From assembly GCA_035708165.1 (NCBI GenBank), contig DASSSZ010000005.1, positions 40,719 through 104,718 on the forward strand: a stretch of 64,000 nucleotides of DNA, read 5' to 3'. The notes below the pieces were generated by a model. It worked only from the letters and a program-made list of their open reading frames with translations. It made no database searches and was not told where the DNA came from. This document shows, in pieces, positions 1-9,185 of this stretch. Position numbers and translations under genes: made by a program. Source of the DNA: Minisyncoccota bacterium (GTDB lineage: Bacteria > Patescibacteriota > Minisyncoccia > Phycocordibacterales > UBA2100). Each line of letters starts with the position of its first letter. Positions within the stretch are counted from its first letter, which is position 1.

Positions 1-1004
1 ACCTCGCAGAGACGACCGGCGGCCGCTATTTCAATATCAGCCTCTCCTCGGAGCACCATATCAATCCGTTCGACCTTGCCGTCCCGCGCGAGGACGAGAA
101 TCCGGCGGACGTGCTGCGGAGCAATATCATCTCGCTCGTGGGGCTGTTCCGCATCATGCTGGGCGGGCTCACGCCGGAGGAAGATGCCATCATCGACAAG
201 GCGATCACTGAGACGTACGCGCTCAAGGACATCACGGCGGATTCCAACTTCGCCGCGATCGAGCCGCCCTTGCTCTCCGATTTCGAGCTCGTGCTCTCCG
301 GCATGGAGGGGAGCGAATCGCTGGTGGCGCGGCTTTCGAAGTACACGAAGGGCACATGGTCCGGCTTCATGAACCGGCCGACGAACGTGGATATGAACAA
401 GCGCCTCGTCGTCTTCTCCGTGCGCGATATGGAAGACGACCTGAAGGCGGTCGCCATGTACATCATCACGCACCATATCTGGAACACTGTCCGCAAGGAG
501 CTCCGCAAGCGGCTGCTCGTGATCGATGAGGCCTGGTGGATGATGAAGTCCGAGGACACCGCATCCTTCCTCTTCGGGATCGCGAAGCGCGGCCGCAAGT
601 ACTATCTCGGCCTCTCCACGATCACGCAGGACGTCTCCGACTTCCTCTCATCGCCGTATGGCGTCCCGATGCTCACGAACTCCTCGATCCAGCTCCTCTT
701 GCGCCAGTCGCCGACCTCCGTCGACCTCGTGCAAGAGACTTTCAAGCTCTCCGACGAGGAGAAATATCTTCTCCTCGAGAGCGACGTGGGTGAGGGCATC
801 TTCTTCGCCGGCCTCAAGCACGTGGCTATCAAGATCATCGCGAGCTACACCGAAGACCAGATCATCACCTCCGATCCTTCGCAGATCCTTGCGATCAGGA
901 AGGCGAAGGAGGAGCTCGCGAACCAGGAGCCGGACGGCGCCGCCGCGGTGGAGGCGCCGGCCATGAGCGCGGCGGCGCAGCTCGCGGCGGGCGGCGAGAA
1001 CTAG
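1..1004 (+). CDS. VirB4/TraC/CagE-like type IV secretion ATPase, C-terminal part (5' end outside window)
   Basis: The open frame runs from position 3 with no stop and no ATG before 111. It contains Walker-B-like LLVIDEAWWMM. It also has C-terminal motifs typical of the VirB4 family (RGRKYYLGLSTITQDVSDF, VVFSVRDMEDD). Confidence 0.6.
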   Translation, partial: LAETTGGRYFNISLSSEHHINPFDLAVPREDENPADVLRSNIISLVGLFRIMLGGLTPEEDAIIDKAITETYALKDITADSNFAAIEPPLLSDFELVLSGMEGSESLVARLSKYTKGTWSGFMNRPTNVDMNKRLVVFSVRDMEDDLKAVAMYIITHHIWNTVRKELRKRLLVIDEAWWMMKSEDTASFLFGIAKRGRKYYLGLSTITQDVSDFLSSPYGVPMLTNSSIQLLLRQSPTSVDLVQETFKLSDEEKYLLLESDVGEGIFFAGLKHVAIKIIASYTEDQIITSDPSQILAIRKAKEELANQEPDGAAAVEAPAMSAAAQLAAGGEN

Positions 1005-1059
1005 CGCGCCGTGCGCCGGTGCGGCGCTTGATGCGACGTGCGCATCGCGCGGAATTCTC

Positions 1060-1377
1060 GTGCCGCGTATACTGCTTGGCATGGAACCGATCACCCAGGG
1101 TACCGGCTTCGCCATGATCGCTGCGGCGCTCGTGGTGGACGGCCTCGAGCTCATCCCGGGCGTCGACATGATCGTGGACCCGATCGCGATGTTCCTGTTC
1201 GCGCACTGGTTCGCGCACCACGGCTACTCGCTGACCAGCAGGCGGCCATTCGGCTACTTCGGCACGGCGGTGATCGAATTCATCCCGTTCATCTCCATGA
1301 TTCCCGCGTGGCTCTTCCTCGTCTGGCTCTCTATCCGCGCACAGCGGCGCGAAGCAGCGCGCGAAGGGGCGGTATAA
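1060..1377 (+). CDS. small integral membrane protein (3 predicted TM helices), unknown function
   Basis: 105-aa ORF of hydrophobic stretches. It sits directly downstream of the VirB4-like gene. Confidence 0.45.
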   Translation: MPRILLGMEPITQGTGFAMIAAALVVDGLELIPGVDMIVDPIAMFLFAHWFAHHGYSLTSRRPFGYFGTAVIEFIPFISMIPAWLFLVWLSIRAQRREAAREGAV

Positions 1378-1384
1378 TGGGCGC

Positions 1385-2458
1385 GTGACCCGCACGCCCG
1401 CAACGCGCACCTGGCTCATCGCGTTCGCGACGATCGCGATCTTCATGCTGCCCGGCGGCTCGCAGGCGATCAGCCTCCCGCTCGGCCTCTCGGGGACGCA
1501 GTACCTGCTCTCGCTTGCCGAGTCGCCGGCTGCTCCGGCGCCTGGCGAGACAGTCTTGTTCACGCTCTCGAGTACGGCGATCGACCTGCCGAGCGCGACG
1601 ATCTCCTGGTACCTCGATGGCACAGCCGAAGCGAGCGGCGTGGGCGTGACGACGTTCGCGACGCAAAGCGGCGCCGCCGGCTCGACGCACACCGTCTCCG
1701 TGGTCGCGGAGGGATCGGACGGGACGGCTGCGGAAACGAAGGCGACGCTGCGGCCTGCCGCGGTCTCGCTCCAGTGGGAAGCGGATTCCTATGTCCCGCC
1801 GTTCTACCGCGGCCGCGCGCTCCCGGCAGCAGGCACGAGCGTCACGGTGCATGCCGACGCGCAGCTCGTCGGGAGCGGTGGCGCGGCGCTGCCGGCATCC
1901 TCGATCCGGTATCAGTGGAGCGTCAACGGCACTCCGCGTGCCGACCTCTCAGGGAACGGGCGGGATACCATCACGATCGCCGGACCCATGCCGCACGGCG
2001 CGCTCGTCGTGGCCGTGACCGCCTCCGCTGATGACGGTACCTACCAGGCAGCTGCGCAAACGCGGATCGCCGCCGTGACGCCCGTCCTCGATCTCTATGC
2101 GGCAGACCCGCTCCTGGGGATCCGGTACGGCGATGCGCTCTCGAACGGCTCCACGCTCTCCGCCGGAAAGGCGACGATCGCGCTCGCGCCGTACTACATG
2201 GCTGCCGCATCGCCTGATTCGTCCGCCCTGTCGTACCGCTGGGAGGTGAACGGCGATCCTGTCCTTGCTGATCCAGGCACGCCTTCGAGGCTCACGCTCG
2301 CCCTTTCAGGGGGCGCCGCCGGTGCCGCTGCGGTCTCGCTCGCGCTTTCCGATTCCTTGGCGGCATTCCAGTCGGCGAGCGGCGCCTGGCAGCTCATGGT
2401 CTCTGCCAATGCCGCATCCACGCCGTTCGGCTCTGCGGCTAAGGCGAACCCGTTCTAA
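1385..2458 (+). CDS. secreted protein with three Ig/PKD-like repeats (GTG start)
   Basis: N-terminal signal peptide (IAFATIAIFMLPGGSQA). Three repeats each carry a W..NG motif: ISWYLDGT, IRYQWSVNGTP, LSYRWEVNGDP. GC-skewed codon usage is consistent with the coding frame. Confidence 0.5.
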   Translation: MTRTPATRTWLIAFATIAIFMLPGGSQAISLPLGLSGTQYLLSLAESPAAPAPGETVLFTLSSTAIDLPSATISWYLDGTAEASGVGVTTFATQSGAAGSTHTVSVVAEGSDGTAAETKATLRPAAVSLQWEADSYVPPFYRGRALPAAGTSVTVHADAQLVGSGGAALPASSIRYQWSVNGTPRADLSGNGRDTITIAGPMPHGALVVAVTASADDGTYQAAAQTRIAAVTPVLDLYAADPLLGIRYGDALSNGSTLSAGKATIALAPYYMAAASPDSSALSYRWEVNGDPVLADPGTPSRLTLALSGGAAGAAAVSLALSDSLAAFQSASGAWQLMVSANAASTPFGSAAKANPF

Positions 2459-2462
2459 TACC

Positions 2463-3779
2463 ATGCCTCGTCTCCCTCGCATCGATCTCGCTCGCTTCTA
2501 CCGCTACGCCATGCCCGTGACGGTCGCCGCGATCATCCTCATCCTGATCGCGCTCGGGATCTGGTTCCTGTACCTGCATGAGAAGCAGTCCGTCACGGAT
2601 GCCGTCTCCGCCGGGCGCGGCTTAGGGACGGACGTCTCGTCGGCGTTCCCGGGCGGCAGCGCGTATCAGAACGTCGTTTCCGCGGTCTCCAGCGTCTTCG
2701 GCGGCGGCACGAGCGCGACGAGCACGCCGGCCGGAGCGACGAAAGCGGCTCCGCAGCTCTGGGAAGTGGCGACCGCGCCCGCTGCCAGCATCACCTTCGC
2801 AAAGGACGGGACCAGCACCGTTGCTCGCTTCCTCGATGCGGCGAGCGGCAACATCTTCGATGCCGATCCGGCCACGAGCGTCATCGCGCGGCGCACGAAG
2901 ACGCTGATGCCGCGGATCGCGCAGGGTGCATGGTACGGCGAGGAAGGGGCCGTCCTGCGCTATGAGGACAATGCAGGCATCGAGACATTCTCCGGATCCA
3001 TCAATGCGGCGACCACCACCGGCTCGCTCTCCGCGACGGAAGCGCAGGCGCTCGCAGCGAACGGGCCGGGCGATCTCGAGGGCGCGATGCTCCCGCGCGG
3101 CATCCTCGATCTCGTCGCCGCCAGCAGCTCGATCTTCTATATCGCCCCGTATAACGGGGAGTACGCAGGCACGATCGCGAAACCGGACGGAAGCGACGCG
3201 AAGCGGATCTGGACCTCGCCCCTCGCAGAATGGCGCGCGCAGTTGGCGGGGAATCGTATTCTGCTCGTGCAGGCTGCATCCGAAGGAGTGACCGGATCGG
3301 CATACGAGCTCGGCACGGACGGCTCATCGAGCCTCGTGCTCGCCAACCTGCCAGGGCTCGCCGCGCGCGAGAATGCGACGACGCACGCGATCCTCTACAG
3401 CACCGTGGGCGGATCGGGTGCGATCACGCTTTCGGTGCGTGCATCGGATGGGAAGGTGCAGACGCTCCCGTTCGCGACGTTCGCTGATAAGTGCGCATGG
3501 GACCCGGCCGCGCCGTCTGTCGTCTACTGCGCCGTGCCGCACGCGATCCCGCAGGGGAGCGTGCTCCCAGACGCGTGGTATCGTGGCGAAGTCCACTTCG
3601 ACGATGCGATTTGGCGCTTCGATACCGCGACGGGCTCCGTCTCGCAGGCATACGACCCGCATGCCGCGAACCGCTCGCTTGATATACTGGATCCGATGGT
3701 GAGCCCGGATGGCACCTACTTGGCATTCCGCGATGCGGCAAGCGGCACCGGCTGGGTGCTCCGGCTCACGGCGAAGTGA
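2463..3779 (+). CDS. membrane-anchored protein with a possible PD40/TolB-like beta-propeller segment
   Basis: ATG at 2463 follows the stop of the upstream ORF. A single N-terminal TM helix (VTVAAIILILIALGIWFLYL) is present. The C-terminal motif SPDGTYLAFRDAASGTGW resembles a PD40 repeat. The track ORF 2265..3779 is an upstream in-frame extension. Confidence 0.45.
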   Translation: MPRLPRIDLARFYRYAMPVTVAAIILILIALGIWFLYLHEKQSVTDAVSAGRGLGTDVSSAFPGGSAYQNVVSAVSSVFGGGTSATSTPAGATKAAPQLWEVATAPAASITFAKDGTSTVARFLDAASGNIFDADPATSVIARRTKTLMPRIAQGAWYGEEGAVLRYEDNAGIETFSGSINAATTTGSLSATEAQALAANGPGDLEGAMLPRGILDLVAASSSIFYIAPYNGEYAGTIAKPDGSDAKRIWTSPLAEWRAQLAGNRILLVQAASEGVTGSAYELGTDGSSSLVLANLPGLAARENATTHAILYSTVGGSGAITLSVRASDGKVQTLPFATFADKCAWDPAAPSVVYCAVPHAIPQGSVLPDAWYRGEVHFDDAIWRFDTATGSVSQAYDPHAANRSLDILDPMVSPDGTYLAFRDAASGTGWVLRLTAK

Positions 3780-3780
3780 T

Positions 3781-5280
3781 ATGCGCGCACGACTCTTCCC
3801 ACCCCTGCTCATGTTCGCGCTCGCGGCGTGCATCGTAGCCGTCGCGTTGCCGCTTTCCGCCCATGCTGCCGTGCAGGCAGATTGCATCGATACGGCCGCT
3901 GGGTGCGCGACGGCAGGGAGTGCCGCCGGCGCATTCACGCCGCTTACTGATCTCTCGAACACCCCGTTCGCATCCCTGCTGACGGCGAACGAGACCCTCC
4001 CGAAGTTCCTCCGCTGGGCATTCAATTTCGCAATCAGTCTCGGCGCGCTCCTGGCTGTGATCGAGATCGCCTTCGGCGGCTGGCAGTACATGACCGCGGA
4101 AGCGTTCAATAAGAAATCGGATGCGCGCAAGCGCATCCAGAACGCACTCATCGGGCTCCTCATGCTGCTCTCGACCATACTCGTCCTCAATCAGATCAAT
4201 CCGCAGATCACCAGCCTCTCCCTCTTCGAGGACGCGGCACCCGCAGTCGCGCAGACTGGTACGACGGGTGCGACCGATACCGGGACGCTCACCCACGATC
4301 CTACGGGAAGCGGAAAGATCTGCGCGTACCAGGGCACCGACGCCAGCGGCGTCGCGTCATACCGCTGCTTCACGACGCTCGCTGCATGCGAATCCGTCAT
4401 CGGCGCCGCAGGGAATGCGTGCGTGCCATACAACTCCGAGGGTTCGGAAACGACCGCTCCGCTGCCAGGCGAGTACTGCGCGCCGGATGGCAAGACGCAG
4501 GCAGGCGGGAATGTGCTCACGACGCAGTATCGCTGCTTCAGCCAGCAGGCGGCCTGCGAGACAGCCATGCCGGACGCGACCTGTGTCTCCGGAGACTCGC
4601 TCAGCGATAGCTATACGAATGAAGCCTGGGTCACGCAGACCGAATGCAGCACGCGCGGCCCGGGCTGGCAGCCCGTCGCGCCGGCGCTCTGCGGCGCGAG
4701 TACTGCCGGCAGCGGGGTATGCTGCGGCATGGCGAGCACGGTGACGGTCCAAGGCAACGGCAGCCTCACTGGTCACGCGGCGCTTGTCACTGATTTCCCG
4801 GTAGGGTACTGGTGCGCTGACAATCAGGCCGGCGGCTTCGACTGCTTCGCGCAGCAAAGCGCATGCAGCGCGAAGTACTCGCAGGGCTGCGGGCAGTACG
4901 ATGTCGCGTTCCCGGCCGTAGATGCCTCCTCGCAGATTACCGCGCCGCTGTGGTGCGATATCGAGAACGATACGTATACGTGCTCCGCGAGCCAGGACAT
5001 CTGCACGAACACCTTCGGCAGCGCATGCAGCCAGGTTGAGCCGCAGCAGCAACAGCAGCAACAGACCGTGACGCAACAGGCTTACACCGATCCGCATTTC
5101 TATACTGATCTCCAGGTCGCCGAAGCAGGCGCAACCCCGTTGAATGAATGCGAGAGTCTCACTGGCAAGGCTGGCTACGAAGTGGCGCCCGCGAGCGTCT
5201 GCAGCAGCATCAATCTCCTGGGTTCGTCGGGCATCTGCTGCGGATTGGTCTCGTCGAGCGGACAGTCGGACGGGCAATAG
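3781..5280 (+). CDS. VirB2/TrbC-like pilin-type two-helix module fused to a Cys-rich internally repeated extracellular domain
   Basis: Signal peptide (LMFALAACIVAVALPLSAHA) is followed by an amphipathic/hydrophobic pair (WAFNFAISLGALLAVIEIAFGGWQYMTAE ... IQNALIGLLMLLSTILVL) resembling conjugative pilins. Repeated Cys motifs are YRCF...AAC E, VCCGMAS and ICCGLVS. A polyQ run (QQQQQQQ) comes from a CAG/CAA tract at ~5044-5064. Confidence 0.45.
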   Translation: MRARLFPPLLMFALAACIVAVALPLSAHAAVQADCIDTAAGCATAGSAAGAFTPLTDLSNTPFASLLTANETLPKFLRWAFNFAISLGALLAVIEIAFGGWQYMTAEAFNKKSDARKRIQNALIGLLMLLSTILVLNQINPQITSLSLFEDAAPAVAQTGTTGATDTGTLTHDPTGSGKICAYQGTDASGVASYRCFTTLAACESVIGAAGNACVPYNSEGSETTAPLPGEYCAPDGKTQAGGNVLTTQYRCFSQQAACETAMPDATCVSGDSLSDSYTNEAWVTQTECSTRGPGWQPVAPALCGASTAGSGVCCGMASTVTVQGNGSLTGHAALVTDFPVGYWCADNQAGGFDCFAQQSACSAKYSQGCGQYDVAFPAVDASSQITAPLWCDIENDTYTCSASQDICTNTFGSACSQVEPQQQQQQQTVTQQAYTDPHFYTDLQVAEAGATPLNECESLTGKAGYEVAPASVCSSINLLGSSGICCGLVSSSGQSDGQ

Positions 5281-5294
5281 GGAAGAGTCCGGGA

Positions 5295-5334
5295 GGAAAA
5301 AGTAATATCCATTAAAATGGATATTACTTTTTCC
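5295..5334. terminator. AT-rich perfect 18-bp inverted repeat (ggaaaaagtaatatccat taaa atggatattactttttcc), probable bidirectional terminator
   Basis: Perfect palindrome read directly from the sequence. It lies between the stop of 3781..5280 and the promoter-like TTGACC(17 bp)CATACT upstream of 5396. Confidence 0.5.
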
Positions 5335-5395
5335 TGCCATCGAATTTTCCCCACCGTGCGGTTGACCCTCAAGATGAGGAGTTCATACTGCCCCT

Positions 5396-8300
5396 ATGAG
5401 TGACACCGCGTTCCGCATGCACGCCATGCGCGATGAATACGCGTGTTTTCTGGCGGCCGTATGTGCCGCCCTCGTCTTTTCCCTTACGCCGCTGCTTGTG
5501 CACGCAGCCGATATCCATGCGATTGATCACCTGTTCACGGGCGGCGGGGCGGTCATCCATGATGGCGATACGGTTACGAGAGATTCATTCTCATCCCTGA
5601 GCCCTGTCTGGCAGGCGTATAGCGATTGGCCCTATGCCGTGCCGGATGGGCAGGGAGCGACGGCAGTCTTCCTCGGGACATTCGGGGATGTGGCTGGCGG
5701 GGCACTCTCTCCTGATGTGAACTACTACTATTACGACAATGGCGGGTACGGATGGCCGGCGGGAGACTCGGTCCAGGCATTCCATGCACCGTTTCCCGAG
5801 CTCGGTGCGCTCAATGCGCCGTCTGCGACCTATACCGTCATGCAAGCCAAGCTGGCGACCAGCTCGGCGCATGACTGGAAGTCTGCGATCGAGTGGTTCG
5901 CATCCGGCGGCGCGACTAGTACGCCGCCGGTCGATTACTCGTTCCTGACGTTCCATTACGTCGCGACAAGCTCGCCGGAATTGATCGCTGATGGCATTTC
6001 GAGCGTGAGGTATGAAGGATTGACGATTCATCCGAGCGATACGGTATACCTGGATGATCTTACGCCGCGTCCGGCGAGCGCCTATGCGACCGGGAATCCA
6101 TGGGACGTAGTGACTGATTGGCCGGGTGCTGTAAGCGGCGGGAATGATGCTGATATCTATCTGTTCCATGGTACGTTCGGGAACCTGGCAGGTGCGCCTG
6201 CGCTCGAGGAAAACTATTATGATCAGGAGATAAATATCCTCCCATCCGGGCAGCCTGATCGTGAAGCAACGCCATCCGGCAATACGTTCTTCGGGTCGTT
6301 CGGTTCCACGACGCCGGACGGGAATTATACGGTGATGGTCGATGAACGAGACCCGAAGGATGGCCCGCTTTCGGGTGCTGGCATTCCCGAATGGTTCGCA
6401 TCCGGCGGTGCGACGGGCACGCCGCCCCTCAAGTACGCCCTGCTGACGTTCACGTATAAGAAGTATCACGAGTGCTGCTCGAATGTGGCATTCCTGCCGG
6501 GCATCGAGGGAAGCGTTCTCAAGGAGGGGGATCAGACCGTCTGGCCGCCGCAGCTCCGTCACTCAGTCGACGATTTGGCCGCGCTCTCATTCAATCCGGA
6601 TGGTACGCCGACACGAGCTGATATCCAGGTCGCAGGAATCGTGAATCAGGCTGATATCGGCTTTTGGAATATACCGGGTATCGATACGGCACCTGATATC
6701 TACCAGGGCTTCACTGATCATATGAATAATCTCGTGACGAGCGGGACGATCAGGGAATGGAAGCCGCTGCCGTATGATTGGCGATTCTCTCCCGAGTACA
6801 TCGTATCGCATGACGTGATGGCAACGAGCGGGCCGGTGAGCCTGACATCTGAGGTCGAGCAACTTGCTGCTGATTCGCCGACTGGCAAAGTGACGCTGGT
6901 CGCGCACTCATACGGTGGTCTTGTCGGCAAGGCGCTCATTAAGGCGCTGATGGATAAGGATGAAGGTGGTCTTATTGATAATTACGTGATGATTGCATCG
7001 CCACAGGAGGGGACACCCCAAACAGTTGGTGAGATGTTGCACGGAGAGAGGGCCAATCTACCCATTCAGATTCCTGGTACTAGTATTAATATCGGAAGCC
7101 TCACAACAAAAACACAAGGACGAGCTCTCGGCATGTACTTGCCTATGGCCTATATTCTCCTTCCCTCCGCTAACTATCTTCAGGACGTGGCATATCAACC
7201 TGTCGAATTCGATGCCTCCGCGCCACAGACCCAGAGCTGGCGTGAGACATGGGGCTCCGCACTAAGTACGCTGCAGGAATTGGATGATTTCCTGACCGGG
7301 AACGGTCCGGATCGGGCAAGGCCTTCTGCGGACGATACGCAGGACCCGGCAGTGCTTGATGCCAGTCAGCTGCAAACTGCGCAGGCATACCATGCTGCGT
7401 TCGATGATTTTTCGTTCGCAAGTACGACGCATGTCATCCAGATTGCCGGGTGGGGGAATCCGACAATCCAAGGAATCCTGTATACGCAAGATCAAGGGAG
7501 GCTCGATTACCGTCCAATGCTGAGTCTGGAAGGGGATGATACGGTCATGGCTCCGAGCGCAGTATCGACCGAGACGAGCTCTACGAGCAGCTACTATTTC
7601 AATCTAAACGAATATCATGCCTTGACTGACCATTCGAGTGGGCATGCATTACTCCCGGCATCCGCACCGGTCCTTGTCGAGCTCGATACGATCATCCAGA
7701 AGCTGCCGATCGTCCTGAATCAGTATTTCACGGCTACGAAACCGGATCTCTCCAGCCTGCCGAAGGAGCTCCTGGCGAGCGTGCACTCTCCGCTCTCGCT
7801 CAGCGCAACCGATGCTTCGGGCAACTATACAGGCCTGACTCCTGGGCAGGATCCGGATACGGATATGCGCCTCATCACGAACGGGATACCAGGAAGCCGA
7901 TACCTCACGTATGGCGACGGCAAGTACCTCATTGTCCCCGAAGGGAACACCTACACCTTCTCGCTCGCCGGCATGGCGACCGGCCCTGCAACTATCGAAT
8001 TGCAGGAGATGGCGAACGGCACGACGACCACACTCGCGACCTATTCGGATGTTCCGGTCTCGACTACGACGAAGGCGACATTCACGATCACGGCGACAAC
8101 GACGACGCCAGATATCTCGCTCGATCAGAATGGGGACGGGGTGCCAGATGCGACTGTCGCACCTGATGGAAGCTCTCAGGCGCCAGACCAGATTGTCTCG
8201 GAACTCGAAGCGGCAATACAATCGCTCGATATCGCCAAGCGGTACGAGAAGGATCTATACAGGCAGGCAAAGAAGCTGGGAAAGCTCGTGACGAGGCTTG

Positions 8301-8596
8301 AGAAGGATGATGCGAAAGCCGCAAAGCAGCAAAGCCAACAGAAGCGACGCGCTAGCACGATTTCGCTCGGCAGTTTCTTCAACATCGCACCCATTCAATT
8401 CGATGTGCCGGATGGAGATTTCCTGGGAACATTATTCGATACGACAATGCACCGCACGGAGGTCAGTGCGATTCGCATCTCCACCGACGTGCTGAAGCAG
8501 GTGATTGAGCAGTATGCGCGCCGAAGCATCCTGACATCGTCTGATGAAAAGAAGCTGGATATATTGCTTGGCGATCTTATGGACGCGATACGATAA
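5396..8596 (+). CDS. large secreted alpha/beta-hydrolase-fold protein (lipase/LCAT/PGAP1-like GHSxG) with N-terminal duplicated domains and a C-terminal coiled-coil
   Basis: Signal peptide is present. The nucleophile-elbow motif is VTLVAHSYGGLVGKAL. An internal duplication pairs FLGTFGDVAGG with FHGTFGNLAGA. A second pair is EWFASGGATSTPPVDYSFLTFHYV and EWFASGGATGTPPLKYALLTFTYK. The C-terminal segment is K/E-rich and helical. The central ~1.7 kb has visibly lower GC than the ends. Confidence 0.6.
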   Translation: MSDTAFRMHAMRDEYACFLAAVCAALVFSLTPLLVHAADIHAIDHLFTGGGAVIHDGDTVTRDSFSSLSPVWQAYSDWPYAVPDGQGATAVFLGTFGDVAGGALSPDVNYYYYDNGGYGWPAGDSVQAFHAPFPELGALNAPSATYTVMQAKLATSSAHDWKSAIEWFASGGATSTPPVDYSFLTFHYVATSSPELIADGISSVRYEGLTIHPSDTVYLDDLTPRPASAYATGNPWDVVTDWPGAVSGGNDADIYLFHGTFGNLAGAPALEENYYDQEINILPSGQPDREATPSGNTFFGSFGSTTPDGNYTVMVDERDPKDGPLSGAGIPEWFASGGATGTPPLKYALLTFTYKKYHECCSNVAFLPGIEGSVLKEGDQTVWPPQLRHSVDDLAALSFNPDGTPTRADIQVAGIVNQADIGFWNIPGIDTAPDIYQGFTDHMNNLVTSGTIREWKPLPYDWRFSPEYIVSHDVMATSGPVSLTSEVEQLAADSPTGKVTLVAHSYGGLVGKALIKALMDKDEGGLIDNYVMIASPQEGTPQTVGEMLHGERANLPIQIPGTSINIGSLTTKTQGRALGMYLPMAYILLPSANYLQDVAYQPVEFDASAPQTQSWRETWGSALSTLQELDDFLTGNGPDRARPSADDTQDPAVLDASQLQTAQAYHAAFDDFSFASTTHVIQIAGWGNPTIQGILYTQDQGRLDYRPMLSLEGDDTVMAPSAVSTETSSTSSYYFNLNEYHALTDHSSGHALLPASAPVLVELDTIIQKLPIVLNQYFTATKPDLSSLPKELLASVHSPLSLSATDASGNYTGLTPGQDPDTDMRLITNGIPGSRYLTYGDGKYLIVPEGNTYTFSLAGMATGPATIELQEMANGTTTTLATYSDVPVSTTTKATFTITATTTTPDISLDQNGDGVPDATVAPDGSSQAPDQIVSELEAAIQSLDIAKRYEKDLYRQAKKLGKLVTRLEKDDAKAAKQQSQQKRRASTISLGSFFNIAPIQFDVPDGDFLGTLFDTTMHRTEVSAIRISTDVLKQVIEQYARRSILTSSDEKKLDILLGDLMDAIR

Positions 8597-8601
8597 CTTA
8601 T

Positions 8602-9078
8602 ATGAGCAAATCAAATCCATTTCTTCTTTTATCGCTCGGAATCTCGATAGCGATGATTGCTCTGGGGTATATTTTTGCTCACGCAAGTGCGTTTGGTTTA
8701 TGTCATGATGACCTAGCAAGAAATATCTTTGATATTTACTGTGACAACTTCTATTGGTACATCGGGAATGCTCTTATTTATGGCATGTCAGCTCTCGCAA
8801 TAGTCTTCTTCGCTCTCCTGCTCGTTCCCAAGGCATTCTCCTGGTGGTGGAAATTCGCAATCTGGTTCGTACCGCTTGATGGATTCATCCTCATTGGGGT
8901 TAGGCCGTCCGATGCGATTTTCAGTCTCGAGCCTTCGCCGGATGAGATGTACCTTCTATTCAGCGGGCTCTACGTCGTCATTTCGCTCATCATCATTATC
9001 GCAGCCTGGCTGTGGCGAAAACCCAGCATGGAGCTGAATAAGAACACACCCGGTCGTGAGAGTCGGATATTGGCTTGA
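8602..9078 (+). CDS. small membrane protein, paralog A1 (AFSWWWKFAIWFVPL motif)
   Basis: Hydrophobic 158-aa ORF in the low-GC island. Its 3' end reads into repeat element R1. Confidence 0.55.
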   Translation: MSKSNPFLLLSLGISIAMIALGYIFAHASAFGLCHDDLARNIFDIYCDNFYWYIGNALIYGMSALAIVFFALLLVPKAFSWWWKFAIWFVPLDGFILIGVRPSDAIFSLEPSPDEMYLLFSGLYVVISLIIIIAAWLWRKPSMELNKNTPGRESRILA

Positions 9079-9108
9079 AGAGCGGGCACTAGTGTTTTTC
9101 CTGCCAGG
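9031..9108. repeat. repeat element R1 (degenerate copy) of a ~70-78 bp intergenic element
   Basis: Shares gagctgaataagaa(a)cacccgg(c)tcgtgagag(t/c)cgg...ttggcttgaagagcgggcactagtgtttttcctgcc with copies at 9727-9797 and 10272-10350. Confidence 0.7.
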
Positions 9109-9185
9109 AGCGGTTCGCGCCTAGATGCGCAGAAGAAGCTGCATAACTTGCTTGAAGATCTTACGAACGCAGTACAATAAGGACC

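Noticed and set aside
26-598. 190-aa ORF on the minus strand overlapping the VirB4-like gene
   Set aside because: It lies antisense to a strongly supported coding frame. It is Ser/Arg-rich low-complexity translation typical of GC-bias shadow ORFs.
895-1852. Minus-strand ORFs 895..1692 and 1331..1852 (265 and 173 aa)
   Set aside because: Arg/Pro/Ala-rich shadow ORFs. They overlap the sense genes and intergenic promoter region, with no RBS or domain signal.
3324-5340. Minus-strand ORFs 3324..4190, 3766..4296, 4357..5340 and plus-strand out-of-frame ORFs 4121..4744
   Set aside because: All overlap the Cys-rich pilin-like gene and the beta-propeller gene in alternative frames. Their composition is R/A/P-dominated.
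5591-6562. 323-aa minus-strand ORF inside the lipase-like gene
   Set aside because: It lies antisense to the gene that has the signal peptide, internal duplication and catalytic motif. R-rich junk.
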